A stretch of DNA of 62,149 bases from Paraglomus brasilianum. Its lineage: Eukaryota. The position numbers were made by a program, and so were the translations under genes. Below are positions 37,285 through 50,033 of the stretch, in pieces. The first letter of the stretch is position 1. The number at the start of each line of letters is the position of its first letter. The DNA is taken from contig CAJVPI010000065.1 in NCBI GenBank assembly GCA_910592345.1, positions 1 through 62,149 on the forward strand. Direction: 5' to 3'. Under the pieces are notes generated by a model, which worked only from the letters and a program-made list of their open reading frames with translations, ran no database searches and had not been told where the DNA came from.

Positions 37285-38940
37285 GACCACTTTGTTTAAG
37301 TTATTAAAATTATGATAAGATATCGTGCTATTAAGACGAGCGGATATTTGTTACCCGTTATTTAGTTGTTGTTTTTTTTACTAGCTTTTGAATTGCTGTG
37401 CCTTATTTACTATTACTGTATATTATTATAAATTATATATATTATCATAGTCTTGAACATTCGGATAAATACATTGCCTCTTCGACCATTTAATTGACGT
37501 CAAGTAATGTGGCCCGTGCTTCGATATCGTATTTAGCCGTTCGCCGGGAATAGTCAGAGATACGCTAATGTCGTATAATGACTAATTATCAATTAGTCAT
37601 CTGAGAGCGAGAGTAGGGAAGCGCAAAAGCACATTTTTCAAATTCAGAAAAGTGAGTGTTGCCTACGTGGGATTTGATTGGACGATAATTTATACAGGTT
37701 ATTGTGCCTTAAAGGGCAATGAACATTATTCAAATAACCTGCAGAAACTGGAGCGTAAAAAATGTAAAAGCAATGCGAGCTTTTTCATCCCTCATCTGAT
37801 TTAGGCTTAGCTCGGCCAGCCGTGGTTAGTAAATGGTTATTATAACTATTGTAAACTGGGTTCGGATGGACGTAATAGTAATAAATTAATTGCAGAAGAA
37901 TGTACACATTGTTCTACACAGCATAATGAAAGTTACAAAGTGCAATGATGCCAACATTGCGTTCGTTGCTATACTTATTTTATCGCCGTCCTTCTATTAT
38001 TCGATTTGTAATAAAGGTTTATTATCATGGTTGAGAGTTCATTGAAAAACTCGTACACATGCTCCTTGCAGATACGTACGTAAGCGATAATCTAGCATCT
38101 TTATACTTAGAATCATGATCACGATATTAGAGAAAGAGCTCATCCAGTGGATCTGATACGAGGGAAGAAATTCTACATTCAGCGAGCCCTGTATTAAGAA
38201 GGTTGATACGTGCGCAGCTGGCATATGGTTCCCGAACACATGACCTTATGCTATATATTAAAGTTGATTCCAACGTCCCTGTACGACCATACAAATATCA
38301 GAACAGATAACAATACAGCTTTATCTGTAACTATTACTATCGATATTAATATTACCGTAAAGGGATCAGTAATATCTTTCAATTCGCATTTATGCCCTGA
38401 AGATAGAATGTATCCATTGTAATAATATTATTAGATAAGCACTAATATTTTGTTCTTGATAAGAATTTTCCATTACTCGTATGAGTTTACTCGATCGTAT
38501 GTACGAAGGTCTCATCACCATAAGAAATTGTGGAACAGATAAATGATCTCTAGATATCATTCATGGAGTTGGCGTACGATACATTGTACATTGGCAAACA
38601 GACAGAGATGCCGTAATCTGCGCAGTTTTTCGTGTTACCGGAGTCGATAATTCTATTGAGAGTTGCCAACAATGACTCAATATTGACATATTAATATGCC
38701 ATGAATTTGAGTTCTTGGGCTGGTATTTTATTCATAACCTTAGCACAAAATTTTGATCCTAGTCACGTACTAAACGTTCAATCAGTATTTAATCGGGCCA
38801 AGCGGTGGTTTTCTTGGCTTCACCCAATATGCAAGCGTTGCTACGTATAAGTCATTGAGCATATAAAAGAACATCAACAGCTTACACAACCATTCTTTCA
38901 TAACTCACATACTCGATTCTATACTCCGATTAATATCATA

Positions 38941-39931
38941 ATGCAAGATCCAAATGCCGATACAGAATGGTATTTAGTTTATGCTTCTCTTCCATACCAC
39001 TCGGAATTGTCTCTTTGATCTAATTTACCGTTCATAATTGTAGGAATGACATCCTCCGTGCCAGAGGTATTCTCCCGCCTAGACCAGGTCCAACCGAGGA
39101 GGAGATTGCGGATGAGATGGATAGAGCGATAGCTGCTGCGCAGGATAGGCATTTGGAAGAAAAACAACTTGACGAGTTGGATGAATTGGAAGATGAAGAG
39201 GATGAGAGGGTGTTGATGGAGTATAGGTGATATGTTAATGAAATGAAACAACGTGACGGTTCTTGTTTGAATTTGTTCTTGGCTGTTTGTCTAACGACGT
39301 TATCGGTTAATCAGAAGAATGCGTATTGCTGAGATGAAGGCTCAGGCTATGCGGGAGAAGTATGGTGAAGTGATACATATATCCAAACCCGAGTTTGTAA
39401 AGGAAGTCAGTGAAGCAAGTAAAGACGATTGGGTCGTTGTGCATTTATACAGAGATGAGTAAGTAAACTAAACAAAAAAAAAAGTTGTTTCTTATCATTG
39501 GAATGTAATAATATACTTAATTACTCCCTTCTATTCGACAGCATCCCTCATTGCAGACTTGTTAATAGTTATCTGAATACTCTTTCTAAAAAATACAAAT
39601 CAACAAAGTTCGTTAAAATAATTGGAGATCAATGTATTCCCAATTATCCAGATAAAAACCTCCCCACCCTGTTGGTTTATGGAGAGGGTGATATCAGAGC
39701 GCAGGTTGTTGGGCTGGCTCAATTAGGTGGAGATCGTGGAGGAATAGAAGGTGAGTGAACGCTAGTGTTTCACGTCTGTAAAATATGTAATTAATAATTG
39801 ATATTCAATCTATTTCAGCTGTTGAAAATTTTTTGGCCTCAGTGGGAGCAATTGAAATAGTTGATAGGTTAGAACAGTCAAACCAAAATGCAAGTACACC
39901 CAAAGACAGTGATGATGACGATAATGACTGA
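38941..39931 (+). CDS. PLP2: Phosducin-like protein 3 / Plp2 (CCT co-chaperone), 5 exons
   Basis: [49 protein letters not shown] and KFVKIIGDQCIPNYPDKNLPTLLVY. Confidence 0.93.
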
Positions 39932-39939
39932 TGATAGAC

Positions 39940-39963
39940 ATATATATATATATATATATATAT
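39940..39963. repeat. (AT)n microsatellite just 3' of PLP2
   Basis: Run of about 12 AT units. Confidence 0.85.
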
Positions 39964-41078
39964 TATCCATACTACATTACTATTGTTATTTCTAGATAGA
40001 GTGCTGGAAATAATACAAAGACTATCCATAATTATATCACGTGACACAGTATTTTTCCGATTATTTTTCAAAAAGGTTTTCATTTATTGAAATATACTAT
40101 TTTTTGGGACATTTTTTTTTACTTCCCTTCCCTATAATTCTAACCTACTACGACTGGTATCGTTACAATATTACCTAGTCGCGTCAACAGCGCCACCAAA
40201 AAGAGTTCTTTAATATTTCCCGTTTTGTTGTCAGAGATGCTATGATAAATAAAAATCTAACCAGCTTGTTAAACAAAGCTCTTCTACCAGTAGATATAGC
40301 ATAATCTAACCGAACTAAAAGGAAACTAGAAAAAAAACGATAGCATCCGATGCACCAAGAATGTGCAAAATGAAGCATAGGCGATGGGGGAGGGGGATAA
40401 TCGATAGATTGCATGCAACAAGCTGTGTTTTTACACGCGTGTTCATGCTAATCCTTTAGTGAAATATACACACCTACCCTATTCTCGCGTTCAATCCTTT
40501 CACAAAAAGAAAACGATAATAACAAATGAGACAAACTTTATAATATACTTCTTTCGAGAAAGGGTATTACAACAATGAAAATAGAGTCTATCTATCCTGT
40601 ACAAGAAACACAAATTCAGACGAGAGTCTGAAAGGGGGGAAAATGATAAAAAAGAAGAGTAGGGTATACAACTCTATCTGTACAAGGAAAAAGAGGAAGA
40701 GAAACGTTCTAAAGAAAAAGAGAGATGGAGAGAAAAAAAAGTGGTAATGCGGATCGTGCTTATTTACGATACATGTTATGCAGCTATTTATACAGAAAGG
40801 GTAGAAGAAAGGAAAAGTGGATAAATAACACTCAAACAGAGAAAGGTGGGTGTGTGCTTGCAGAGAATCGCACCAAGTATTATATATGTGTATGTGTATA
40901 TGTATTTGTGTATCTATTTATCTATGTATATCTTCAACTAATGTACGAACTCTTTCAATGCAAAGAAAAAAAGGAAAAAGATTTTTTTTTTTTGTAGGCC
41001 GAATTCACCTCGTCTTGAACAAATATCTAAAAGAGAGCAAGTTCCGCAAGTTGCTCCCTTAAACTCTACAATATTTTA

Positions 41079-44000
41079 TTACTGTACACAGCAACAACCC
41101 GTCCCGACGCGCTTGTCGCTAGACACTGTAGAACCTACAGTCTGACTATTGCCATCGTCCATCGCATTATTACTTGCCCTCGAGCGGGACATCCATTTTA
41201 TTTTTTTAAACAGATTCCATCCAAGTCTTTTCTTTTTTCGGTGTCGAGATGTTAGTGGAAAGTCGGATGCTCCCGTAGACATGAGATCATCACGCGTAGT
41301 TGACTTGGCGTCCTCGGACAGTGCTTCGGATACGAGGCCTTCGGATGGAATAGGGCGGATAATAGTCGCGCTTGAATCGCGTTCGAGAGTTTTGGCGGCG
41401 GGGACCGGTATTGGAACTATGGGCGAGTTTTGTCTGCTGTCGAGAGAGACTGGGAATTTTGCGAGAGGTGCGTGTTAGTGGAGCTGGGGAGAGGGAGGGA
41501 CGGGAAATGGGAAAAAGAGTGTAAGGAAGAAGGTGGTGGAATGGAGAAGTGGAATGGGAAGTGGGAAGAAGAAACGAGAGGAGATTGTGGTAGGCCTAGG
41601 AAAAATGGTAGACGTCATATTCTTATTTCTTTACCTGTTACACTCGAGTCCAACTCACTGTTGTGTCTTGATGAATGGCCTTCGCTTTCTTCCTGTTTTT
41701 TCCTCCTCCATGTGTTAAGATTTTGGCTAAGGAAGCGAATATAATAATTCATTTCTATGGAAATTCGCAGATTAGGTAGATAGAAAGGTAAAGTAAATAT
41801 AAACAGCTCACGTGTTTAAGCGTGTATTATAAAACTGGAAGATTTTCTTACCAGGTATTAATTCGGAAACACTGCTAAATAAAGGCATGGCAAATGCTTC
41901 GATGAAACCTAATTGGGAGCCTGGCTGTGATACATTCTCTCTATCGTTTGTTGGTCCGACGGGTAATCCAAGTAATTTCTCCAAATCACCTTGACAACCA
42001 AATTCCTCCAATAACACGGTAGACCACCCTTCCGCAATGTGATAAGGCCTCGCCTGATATAAATGATCCAAATAGTTGGTTACTCTTGTTCAATTGATCT
42101 ACTTTGCTGTTTCTGGTAAACCTTTTTTACATTTGATCACTTACCGTATTGCTGATATCGGCACATTTGATGAGAGCACCTACGACTATAATTCGTTCTT
42201 GCTCCAAGCTCTCTGGAGAAGTTGAGACCACACCTGACTGTGTAAATCGGGAAGTCAAGTCTTTTATTTTTGTGACATACTCGTTGTGCAAGCCCATATC
42301 AGTTGCGAGAATTGCGTTCAAGACAACTTTTCGGAATTCTAATAAATAAATGGTATAACGTATTAATTATTTGAGACGAGCTTACAAAGTTGGGAGCGTT
42401 TGTAAAACGCACCTGCGTAGTCATTACCGGATTTACTTTCGTCCTGGAATATACGGAACTTGTATTTGTCCATTAAATTAAATAATGCCATTGCGTGAAA
42501 ACTCTCAAGGACCGATCTGTCGTTGTATAGCTGAGCCAATGGGGTACGTGCTTCAACCTATGAATATATTATAATTCAGTTAGCATAGCATTCAGTAGCT
42601 TTTCATTCATTCTGACATTTACTCATTGTATTAGCCACGCACCAAAAATTTGTTATTTACTCCAGGATGACCAATGTCATGTCCAATAGAAGCCAATAAC
42701 AACGCAAAAATATCAGCTGGTCTAAGCAAGTCATTGACATGCCGACGTTGTTGGTTTACGCTACGATTACTAATCCGTTTGTTGCTGGTGAAGATTGGCG
42801 GTATGAGACCCATTTTACAGAGAAAGTGGAACATAGCCTGAAGGACATCAACTGCATGGCAAAAGTTGTGATATGGGTTGCTATCGTGGTAAGACTGCCG
42901 AATAGCCAACAAAAATCGGTGCAATTGTTCTTTATTTCGAGAAAGGAAATACAAAATTGATGAGTCAAGAGTTAATATGAAAACATGTAAATTCACCAGT
43001 GTTGTGTACCATTTATAAACCGAATAATCCACATAATACAGCGTAATAAAATTCTACTTACCGGTTGACACATCCAAATGCGAAAGCTCTTCCGTACTTA
43101 AAACGTGTTCAAACATGATTACTGCACATCGAAGGAGATCCTCCTCTGTCAGATCTGGAGGAGGAAATTCCCACTCTGATATTTGCTTCTTCAGATAATT
43201 CATTCGCTCGAGCGCTGCAGCAGAGTCCAGACTAATCATGTGATATATGGCAGAAAGTTAGCAAGAAACGATGCAACAACGAGCCGGGGACATGCAAACA
43301 ATATCAGATAGAAAACAAACCTTGGAAAGTAAGATATAGCTAACACGGAATCGGGAGGGGAGTAATATTCAAACAGAGCTTCGGTGAGCCTTCAAGCAGA
43401 AGATGGAATATTGGTCGAGTTAGATAATATCTTAGTGTGCAAAGATTCAAGACACTCTCTAGTTAACGCACCACTTATCCTCGACAAATACTGCATGTAA
43501 TCGGGTCTTTAAACAGTCCCAATTTTTGCTTCGTCGGATTATTGGTCTTTTGCACTCTAATGCCATGCCCGATCCTCTAGTCTTTACCATCGAATCGGAA
43601 CGATATATATTCTAAAAGGATAAACCAATCACAACCAGCAACATTTATATTAGCCATGATTGGAACGACATTCCTTGGCATTCTTGACGATATTTACCAG
43701 AAAAAGAGTTTTTGCCACTTCTGGCCTAATAGGTTTTATTAAATAATCAACAGCTCCCATATTCAAGCAGCTTGTCATTGATTCAACGGAATCACCCCAC
43801 GAACAAACTAGCAGAAATTAGTAAGAGGGTTAGCAAATAGTTTCACAACTGACGGTCAATTAATTTGAATATCTCATTCTCACATTCAGTGTTACGCGTT
43901 TTTCGACCCACTCTCTCCCTGTACTGGTTCCTCATATTTAATGCATTTCACAATCTTCCATTATTATCGCCTCACCCTTCGCCGCATTACCCATCACCAA

Positions 44001-45144
44001 CTCGACCTACCAATAGGAATAACTTGATCCAAAGACCCTTGCCGGATTTCATCGTTGACACACTTTAACAAAGAAGTGCCGTACAATACATTCCCGTTAC
44101 TAAGCGGTTTCATCGGTACGCCATTAGTAACGTCGAGAACATATGATTCTCGCCGTATGTACTCACGGTTATCCTCGTGATCAATGTCTATTATGATTAT
44201 TGTTGGAATGCCACCAAGACGTGGACGTTTGCGCAGACGCGTGAGAGCTTCAGTGCCTGATTTGACAGAGATAACTGTATTCAAAGAAAGTGTCGTTAGA
44301 TTTGAAAATTTCTCTTTTGAAAATTTTGAGCGACGGATAAACGGCAAATTACGGGAGCCGGATGAGTAATGTCGTCCGATTGGAGGTACTAAAAAATGAT
44401 ATCCGATGGTTTTCGTTCCAGTTGCAAAGATCCAGTTGAAAATTTTCCAGTTGAAAATTCCAGTAATAACCAATACTCATATTGTTCTCAAGTATTCGAG
44501 CCCCTACCCTAAAATGCCCACGCTCGTGGGTCCACGTGCAAGTTATTGTTGTTATCACACGATCTGACACTTGATCCACGTGGCTGTGAGCATATTGACG
44601 GCTAAACTAATATGAAAAGAAGTACCAAGCTGGCCGATCATCGCGCAATATCAACAGAAAGTCCAATAAGCAGTTAATAAACCCATTTTGAAAGTCGTTC
44701 AGGATTGAAGGTCTTTGATTACGTTGACTTTAGTGTTTGTGATGATTGCAGTTGTTTGCATATATGGTATTTGTCCTCTATTTCGGGCTGCTTGTTTTTC
44801 CTCGGAAAAACATTCCCAACCTTTTTTGCTCACACACACTCATTGTGTTTAGCAAATTCTTTGCAAATACTCTCTCGTACCGCATTCTCCTGATTAACCC
44901 TCATTTAATAGTACCTTCAAATCGGACACATTCTCTATTCCCACGCTATTTGTTCCCTACTATACTTACCTTCTGCAAACAACCCACTTAATACTTTGAA
45001 TAAATCTGAATCCTTGGTACAATCATCTTTTCCGTTTAATATCCCATTTGTTATATATGGTTCGGGAATGTTCTGGTGCGCAAGATAACTTCTTTCGGGA
45101 AGACTTCGATCAACTATTATAATCGAGCACCGACTTGGCTCCAT
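41079..45144 (-). CDS. PDE2: High-affinity class I cAMP phosphodiesterase (HD domain) with N-terminal receiver-like domain, multi-exon
   Basis: NPYHNFCHAVDVLQ, LLASIGHDIGHPGVNN, YNDRSVLESFH, AILATDM, IKCADISN and SQLGFI; REC-like TIIIIDID..CLNMGAVDYLIKPI. ATG MEPSRCSIIIVDR at 45144; last exon ends GCCCVQ-stop. Confidence 0.92.
44418..44465. repeat. Short tandem repeat (CCAGTTG core x3-4) in PDE2 intron 1
   Basis: ccagttgcaaagat ccagttgaaaatttt ccagttgaaaatt ccagt. Confidence 0.7.
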
Positions 45145-45377
45145 GTAGAAGGGAGACAGAAGAGAATCTGTCGATGTAGAAGGGTCTAAATTCGGAGCCA
45201 GTTGAAATGACTGAAAGGGTGAGAAGATAAAGTTTGAAGAGTTGTAGAAAGGTTGTGGAAACCCGAGGCGGGTTAGGGATTTGGCGGAGAGAGTAGTAAG
45301 AGAAAATTCGATGCGTGAACAAAAGGTTTGAGTTTGAGTATGTGTGGCTTTTGTGTAGTTATTGTTGCAGTATTTGT

Positions 45378-45403
45378 TTGTATGTGTGTGTGTGTGTGTG
45401 TGT
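45378..45403. repeat. (TG)n microsatellite upstream of PDE2
   Basis: tgtatgtgtgtgtgtgtgtgtgtgt. Confidence 0.85.
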
Positions 45404-46261
45404 ACTTGTGCGAGTGGTATGTATAATGAAGAGTGCGAAATAAGTGTAGCTTGGCCAAGGTGGGAACGATGAGGAAAAGAGTCGTGCTGTAATAAGGAAC
45501 GGGGTATTAGCAGGTGGAGATATTGATAGTCGTTTGCTGATACCAATATCAAAACGTATAGCAACAAGAACAAGGCAAGAAAATATCAGAATGCGAGTTA
45601 CTTTGTATTATTGTTGAATTAATAAATTAATTATTATCAGTAGCTCGCGGAGGGATTTTTTGAAGCGTGGAGTCTATTTGTGTAATCTATTATTGTTGTT
45701 TTTTTTGTAGAAAGCATGTGGAAGGGAATGGAGGTTGGGGAGAGAGAGAGAGGGAGAGAAGAGAGAGGGTGGGGGGAGTAAAGAGTTGGAGGTTGGTGGA
45801 ATGTGGGTGAAACGTGGATTGGGATGTGATAATATTTCGGGAAATAAATTTTGATAATTGTTCTTAATGGGTTAAAGTTTTTGAGCAAAAAAAAAAAGGC
45901 AGTACACAAGACTTTCTGTAAGTAGCAGTGGCAAGACCAAAATATGATAGATTTCCATAGTTGTATGATTGAGTGACGGTACATTATTAATATTTTTATT
46001 ATTTTTCGGATCTTTACGCATTAAAGAAAGAATTGAGTAACAAAATGAACAGTATGAATTAGAATTCTATAAAATATATAGTAAGTATCGGACATCATGA
46101 TACGACATATGTAGCAAAGCACTACAGGAGTCAAATACTGAGATGTTGTCGTGGTGATACTGACAGGAGGGGGGGCGATGTTCATGGCAATAATGCGAGT
46201 CACGCTATATCAAGTGGTGATAATCGTGGTGATAACTGTCAAAATAACTGGAAATTTGTTT

Positions 46262-46306
46262 GAGAAGTCGAAGTCGGAGAAGTCGGAGAAGAAGAAGAAG
46301 AAGAAG
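46262..46306. repeat. (GAAGTCGGA)/(GAA)n simple repeat
   Basis: gagaagtcgaagtcggagaagtcggagaagaagaagaagaagaag. Confidence 0.75.
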
Positions 46307-49300
46307 ACCCGATTAGAATTTAGAACAACTTTTCTAACTGATCATATTAATAACGAGCTGTTAATAATATGTTTATAATTCAACATAGGTTGTATGTGTA
46401 ATTGGTATATGCTTAATGATATGTAATAATTTCGACGCATAATCACAGAATTACAATATGTAACATTATCCTTAGATATAATATGAACACAATATATACT
46501 GTAATCAGACCTCACGCTGGGTACCCACTTATTCTCACACTTGTATCCAATGCTTCACACACGCTGGTTAGCATGCTCACTCCAGTGCACAAATAAACAT
46601 CTAAATAATTTCCTTTGATATTTTTCATTTCCCCGCAAAAAAATAAACAATAACACAATTAATATGTTGGCACAAGCAAAACTGGGCACTTATTCAAAGC
46701 GCAAGTGGAATAAGTCATAAATGAGGCAATATAAGAGTAGATGTACAGTAGTTTATTATTATACAAGTCTACATAAATTGTATAAATATTTCGTGCATAT
46801 GTATAAAATTATATTGCATTATGTGCATCTACCATATTCGTCGTACACACATAAATCCTCATCCAATACAATTCCCGAGTCATTAGGTTGATTACGTTGC
46901 CTCTATTGGTAAGCAGCTCACAAAGAATAGTCCCTTGAACAAAGGAATCGACAGAAGCCGCGTGGTTTATGCGTACAGGTTGCCTAGTTTGGCTACAGGT
47001 AATGAGATGTCACTGCCAGAGCTAGATGGTGCATACAGTCGTACATGCTAGGATATATGATTTAGAGAACTCTGCAAGAGAATAGATTTGGTAAATAGCA
47101 AGCCAAGCTGGAGCGTAAATAATGAACCCGTGTAATAATAACAATAATAAAGGGTGTTCTAATCACAATATGTGTGTATATATTAATGTATATATCGAGA
47201 TATTTATATATAGCGTATTGTGTTCTTGTCCATGGGGTCCATGGGGTTGGTTTATCAGGGTCAATCAGTAAACTATCGAATAGGAATTTCCCATCCAAGT
47301 AATCAGTCATCATCAGTTACAGATGCACGCGAGTAATGAATGGAATTTTAAATGATGGCTGGATGATTAATACGGTAATAATATGCAGGGTACGAATGTT
47401 GAGACTTGACGACGACGAATATGCAACGTTCTAGGCCATATATCATGTTTTATACTAACTTTCGCGAGTTGTTGTTGATTAACATTAATTGATAGTTCTG
47501 CTAAAAAGACCAATGGTTATTATCGGGGTTAATTAAAAGTATTTGTTTTGTAATCGTTACGATGACTACCCACTGTCCGTCCAATCAACAATCACTCACT
47601 AATTACGAGTGACTAACCGACAATGACTAATTATTAGTGGGCAAACAATCAGGACTGACTATCACAAACACCCTTAAATGTCCATGTCCACCGTACCCCC
47701 ACTGCACACTCTCCCTCGTGTCCATCTTGTACAGAATTGCAGAGTCCCGAAGGATTGTTGTTCTTTGTCTAGTGCGCTTCTAGCAGCAATCGGCGAGTGA
47801 GAATTTGGAAATACGTATCATATGTTCATGTGTGCGTTACATGTATCATATGAGAATGAAGTAGCACTAGCAATGGCTTGAATATAATAGTAAAAAGTAG
47901 CGCTAATATAGACACAATGTTACTATATATATTACGTATTATGCAATCTTCACACTGTCTTCACATTTGATAATTGTACTCGTCGCTTAGTATTGTTTAA
48001 TCGCCAATAACAAACTGCCAAATGCGCAATAAGCATAGATAAGAACAGCACCCAATCAAAAAAGGTGGGCGAGAGAGTGAGCGTGAAGAGAATAAGTTGA
48101 AATAGAAAAAGACATGTATGGATTACGTAATATTGTATTTATATTTTATGTCATAATATTATTATTATCTGCAGTAAACTAACATGCCCCAATCACTGAA
48201 ATTTTAATGATAATAATGTATTGATGGTAGTAAATTATCAGCGTTCAAAATCATGATGGATTTAACCCGATTTCGTTTAATGAAAGTAATATTCCGATTA
48301 CACGCGAGTGCTGCCATGTTAATGTACACATGGCGAAACTTCAACACATTGTATAGGGGCCGATTCGATTCGATTCGTTAAGACGTACCAAGGGGTATCA
48401 AGTTATATATGTATACAGACACACACGTATATATACATTATGTTTGGGATTTTCAGTTGGATATATTTATTCTAGTTACGCTTCAAAACAATATTCGTCA
48501 TTCCCACGAACGGGCGGCGTAAGCAGAATCGAAATATTAGTAATTGTGTTACACTATGAGCAACTTATGTAACTCTCAATGCACGCGATTCATTAGTGGA
48601 GAAGAGGAGGGGGAAAAAAAAACTGGAGAAAGATTAAATGTGTCAGTGTCAGTGCGCTAGATGCATCGCTACATCGGCTATGATTGTTTGATATTGATAT
48701 TGTTGTCATAATGGCAATAGGAGTGTTTGAGAAGACAGCCCAAGATATGCATACGTAAGGTAGGTAACAATAGATAACAACAATTACACAGTTAATTAAT
48801 ATTCTACATTCATACAAACAAAGTAGGTATTGTCATATTGTGCGACTATACCATGCGATTACACATCCCCACCCCAATATTCTTGCTCAAAATAACAATG
48901 TTTTCTTTCAACAATTCTACGTCATATACTAGACGTTTACATTGTTCCTAGATTACCATCACTTCCAAACAATCCCCCTCCTCACACTCGCCCTTCCTCG
49001 CCCGCACACTTTTTTTCTTTCTTTCATCCCGAACATTTGGGATATCAGATAAGATAACTATATACCCCACACCCACTTGCATAGTGCGTTAAATTAGGTA
49101 AGCCGAGTGGGAAAAAAGATGAGAGTTTATTTTTGTGATGATCGTCAACGAGTGAAGTTGTTCAGAAATACGGGCATGGAATTGGACATAATGATGCATT
49201 CAAAACTCTGCCGTGAAAATGATGTAATCGATATCTATTTCCCATCGAACAACCAACTGTCAGGCGTAAGTATACTTATTTTGTCGATAATCGGAGTATG

Positions 49301-50033
49301 CTGGTGAGATGGATAACATAAATCTGGATAGATGTGAATTAATGATCGATTGATCGATAACTAAACACCCACATGGTTTATTTCCAAACATTGTGATTTG
49401 CTCAAAGTAATGGAATAATTAGATTGATAATAATAGTGGTGGTAGTAGTAGCCACAAGATTTGATGTAATGACGACTGATAACAGTGATCTGATAATAAT
49501 AGCATTATGTCAATATTGTCAATGATAGTGATTTTGACTATATTTAACGTTTAAGTATCACATTACCATTGGTTGGTTATTGCATTATATTCATGACGAT
49601 TTTCCCACGCCGCCATCAGCAATCTAGATGATGTGTTCTAGATAGCTTGCTATTGCCAAGATCGTATACTTGACGATATCTCTACAAACAAGATCTCACC
49701 AATCGAGTCCATATCTATGTGTAAACTATGCAGTGATTATCTCTCAGCACATTTTGTCGCCAATCTATGCATAACACATTCACAGCCCAAATGGTTTAAA
49801 GATAAAAGAGAAAATTCCCAGTTCATAAAAATTTCTCAACGATATAACGAAAGAGTGAACGAGAGAGAGAGGAAAAATTGAGAAATTTTAAAGTCAACTG
49901 CTAGAACTCTCAATTTCTATCTGCTCGTCGTCATTCGTAACGATCATCAAAAAATACCCATCTCCTTTCCCAAATTCGTTTTGTCTCGCAAATCCCATTT
50001 GTATATTCCGAACCAAAAACATATACTCCGAAA

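Noticed and set aside
37800..37870. Pol III A/B-box-like motifs suggesting a tRNA
   Set aside because: No acceptor or anticodon stems.
40184..41062. Several 60-90-aa ORFs between PLP2 and PDE2
   Set aside because: Low-complexity 3' UTR or intergenic sequence with no coding signature.
44935..45573. 212-aa ORF upstream of PDE2
   Set aside because: TTG-started read-through of a microsatellite-containing 5' leader; only the part from MEPSR (45144) is a credible exon.
49700..50033. Arginine attenuator peptide uORF upstream of CPA2
   Set aside because: No suitable uORF seen; the AAP belongs to the small-subunit gene (CPA1/arg-2).
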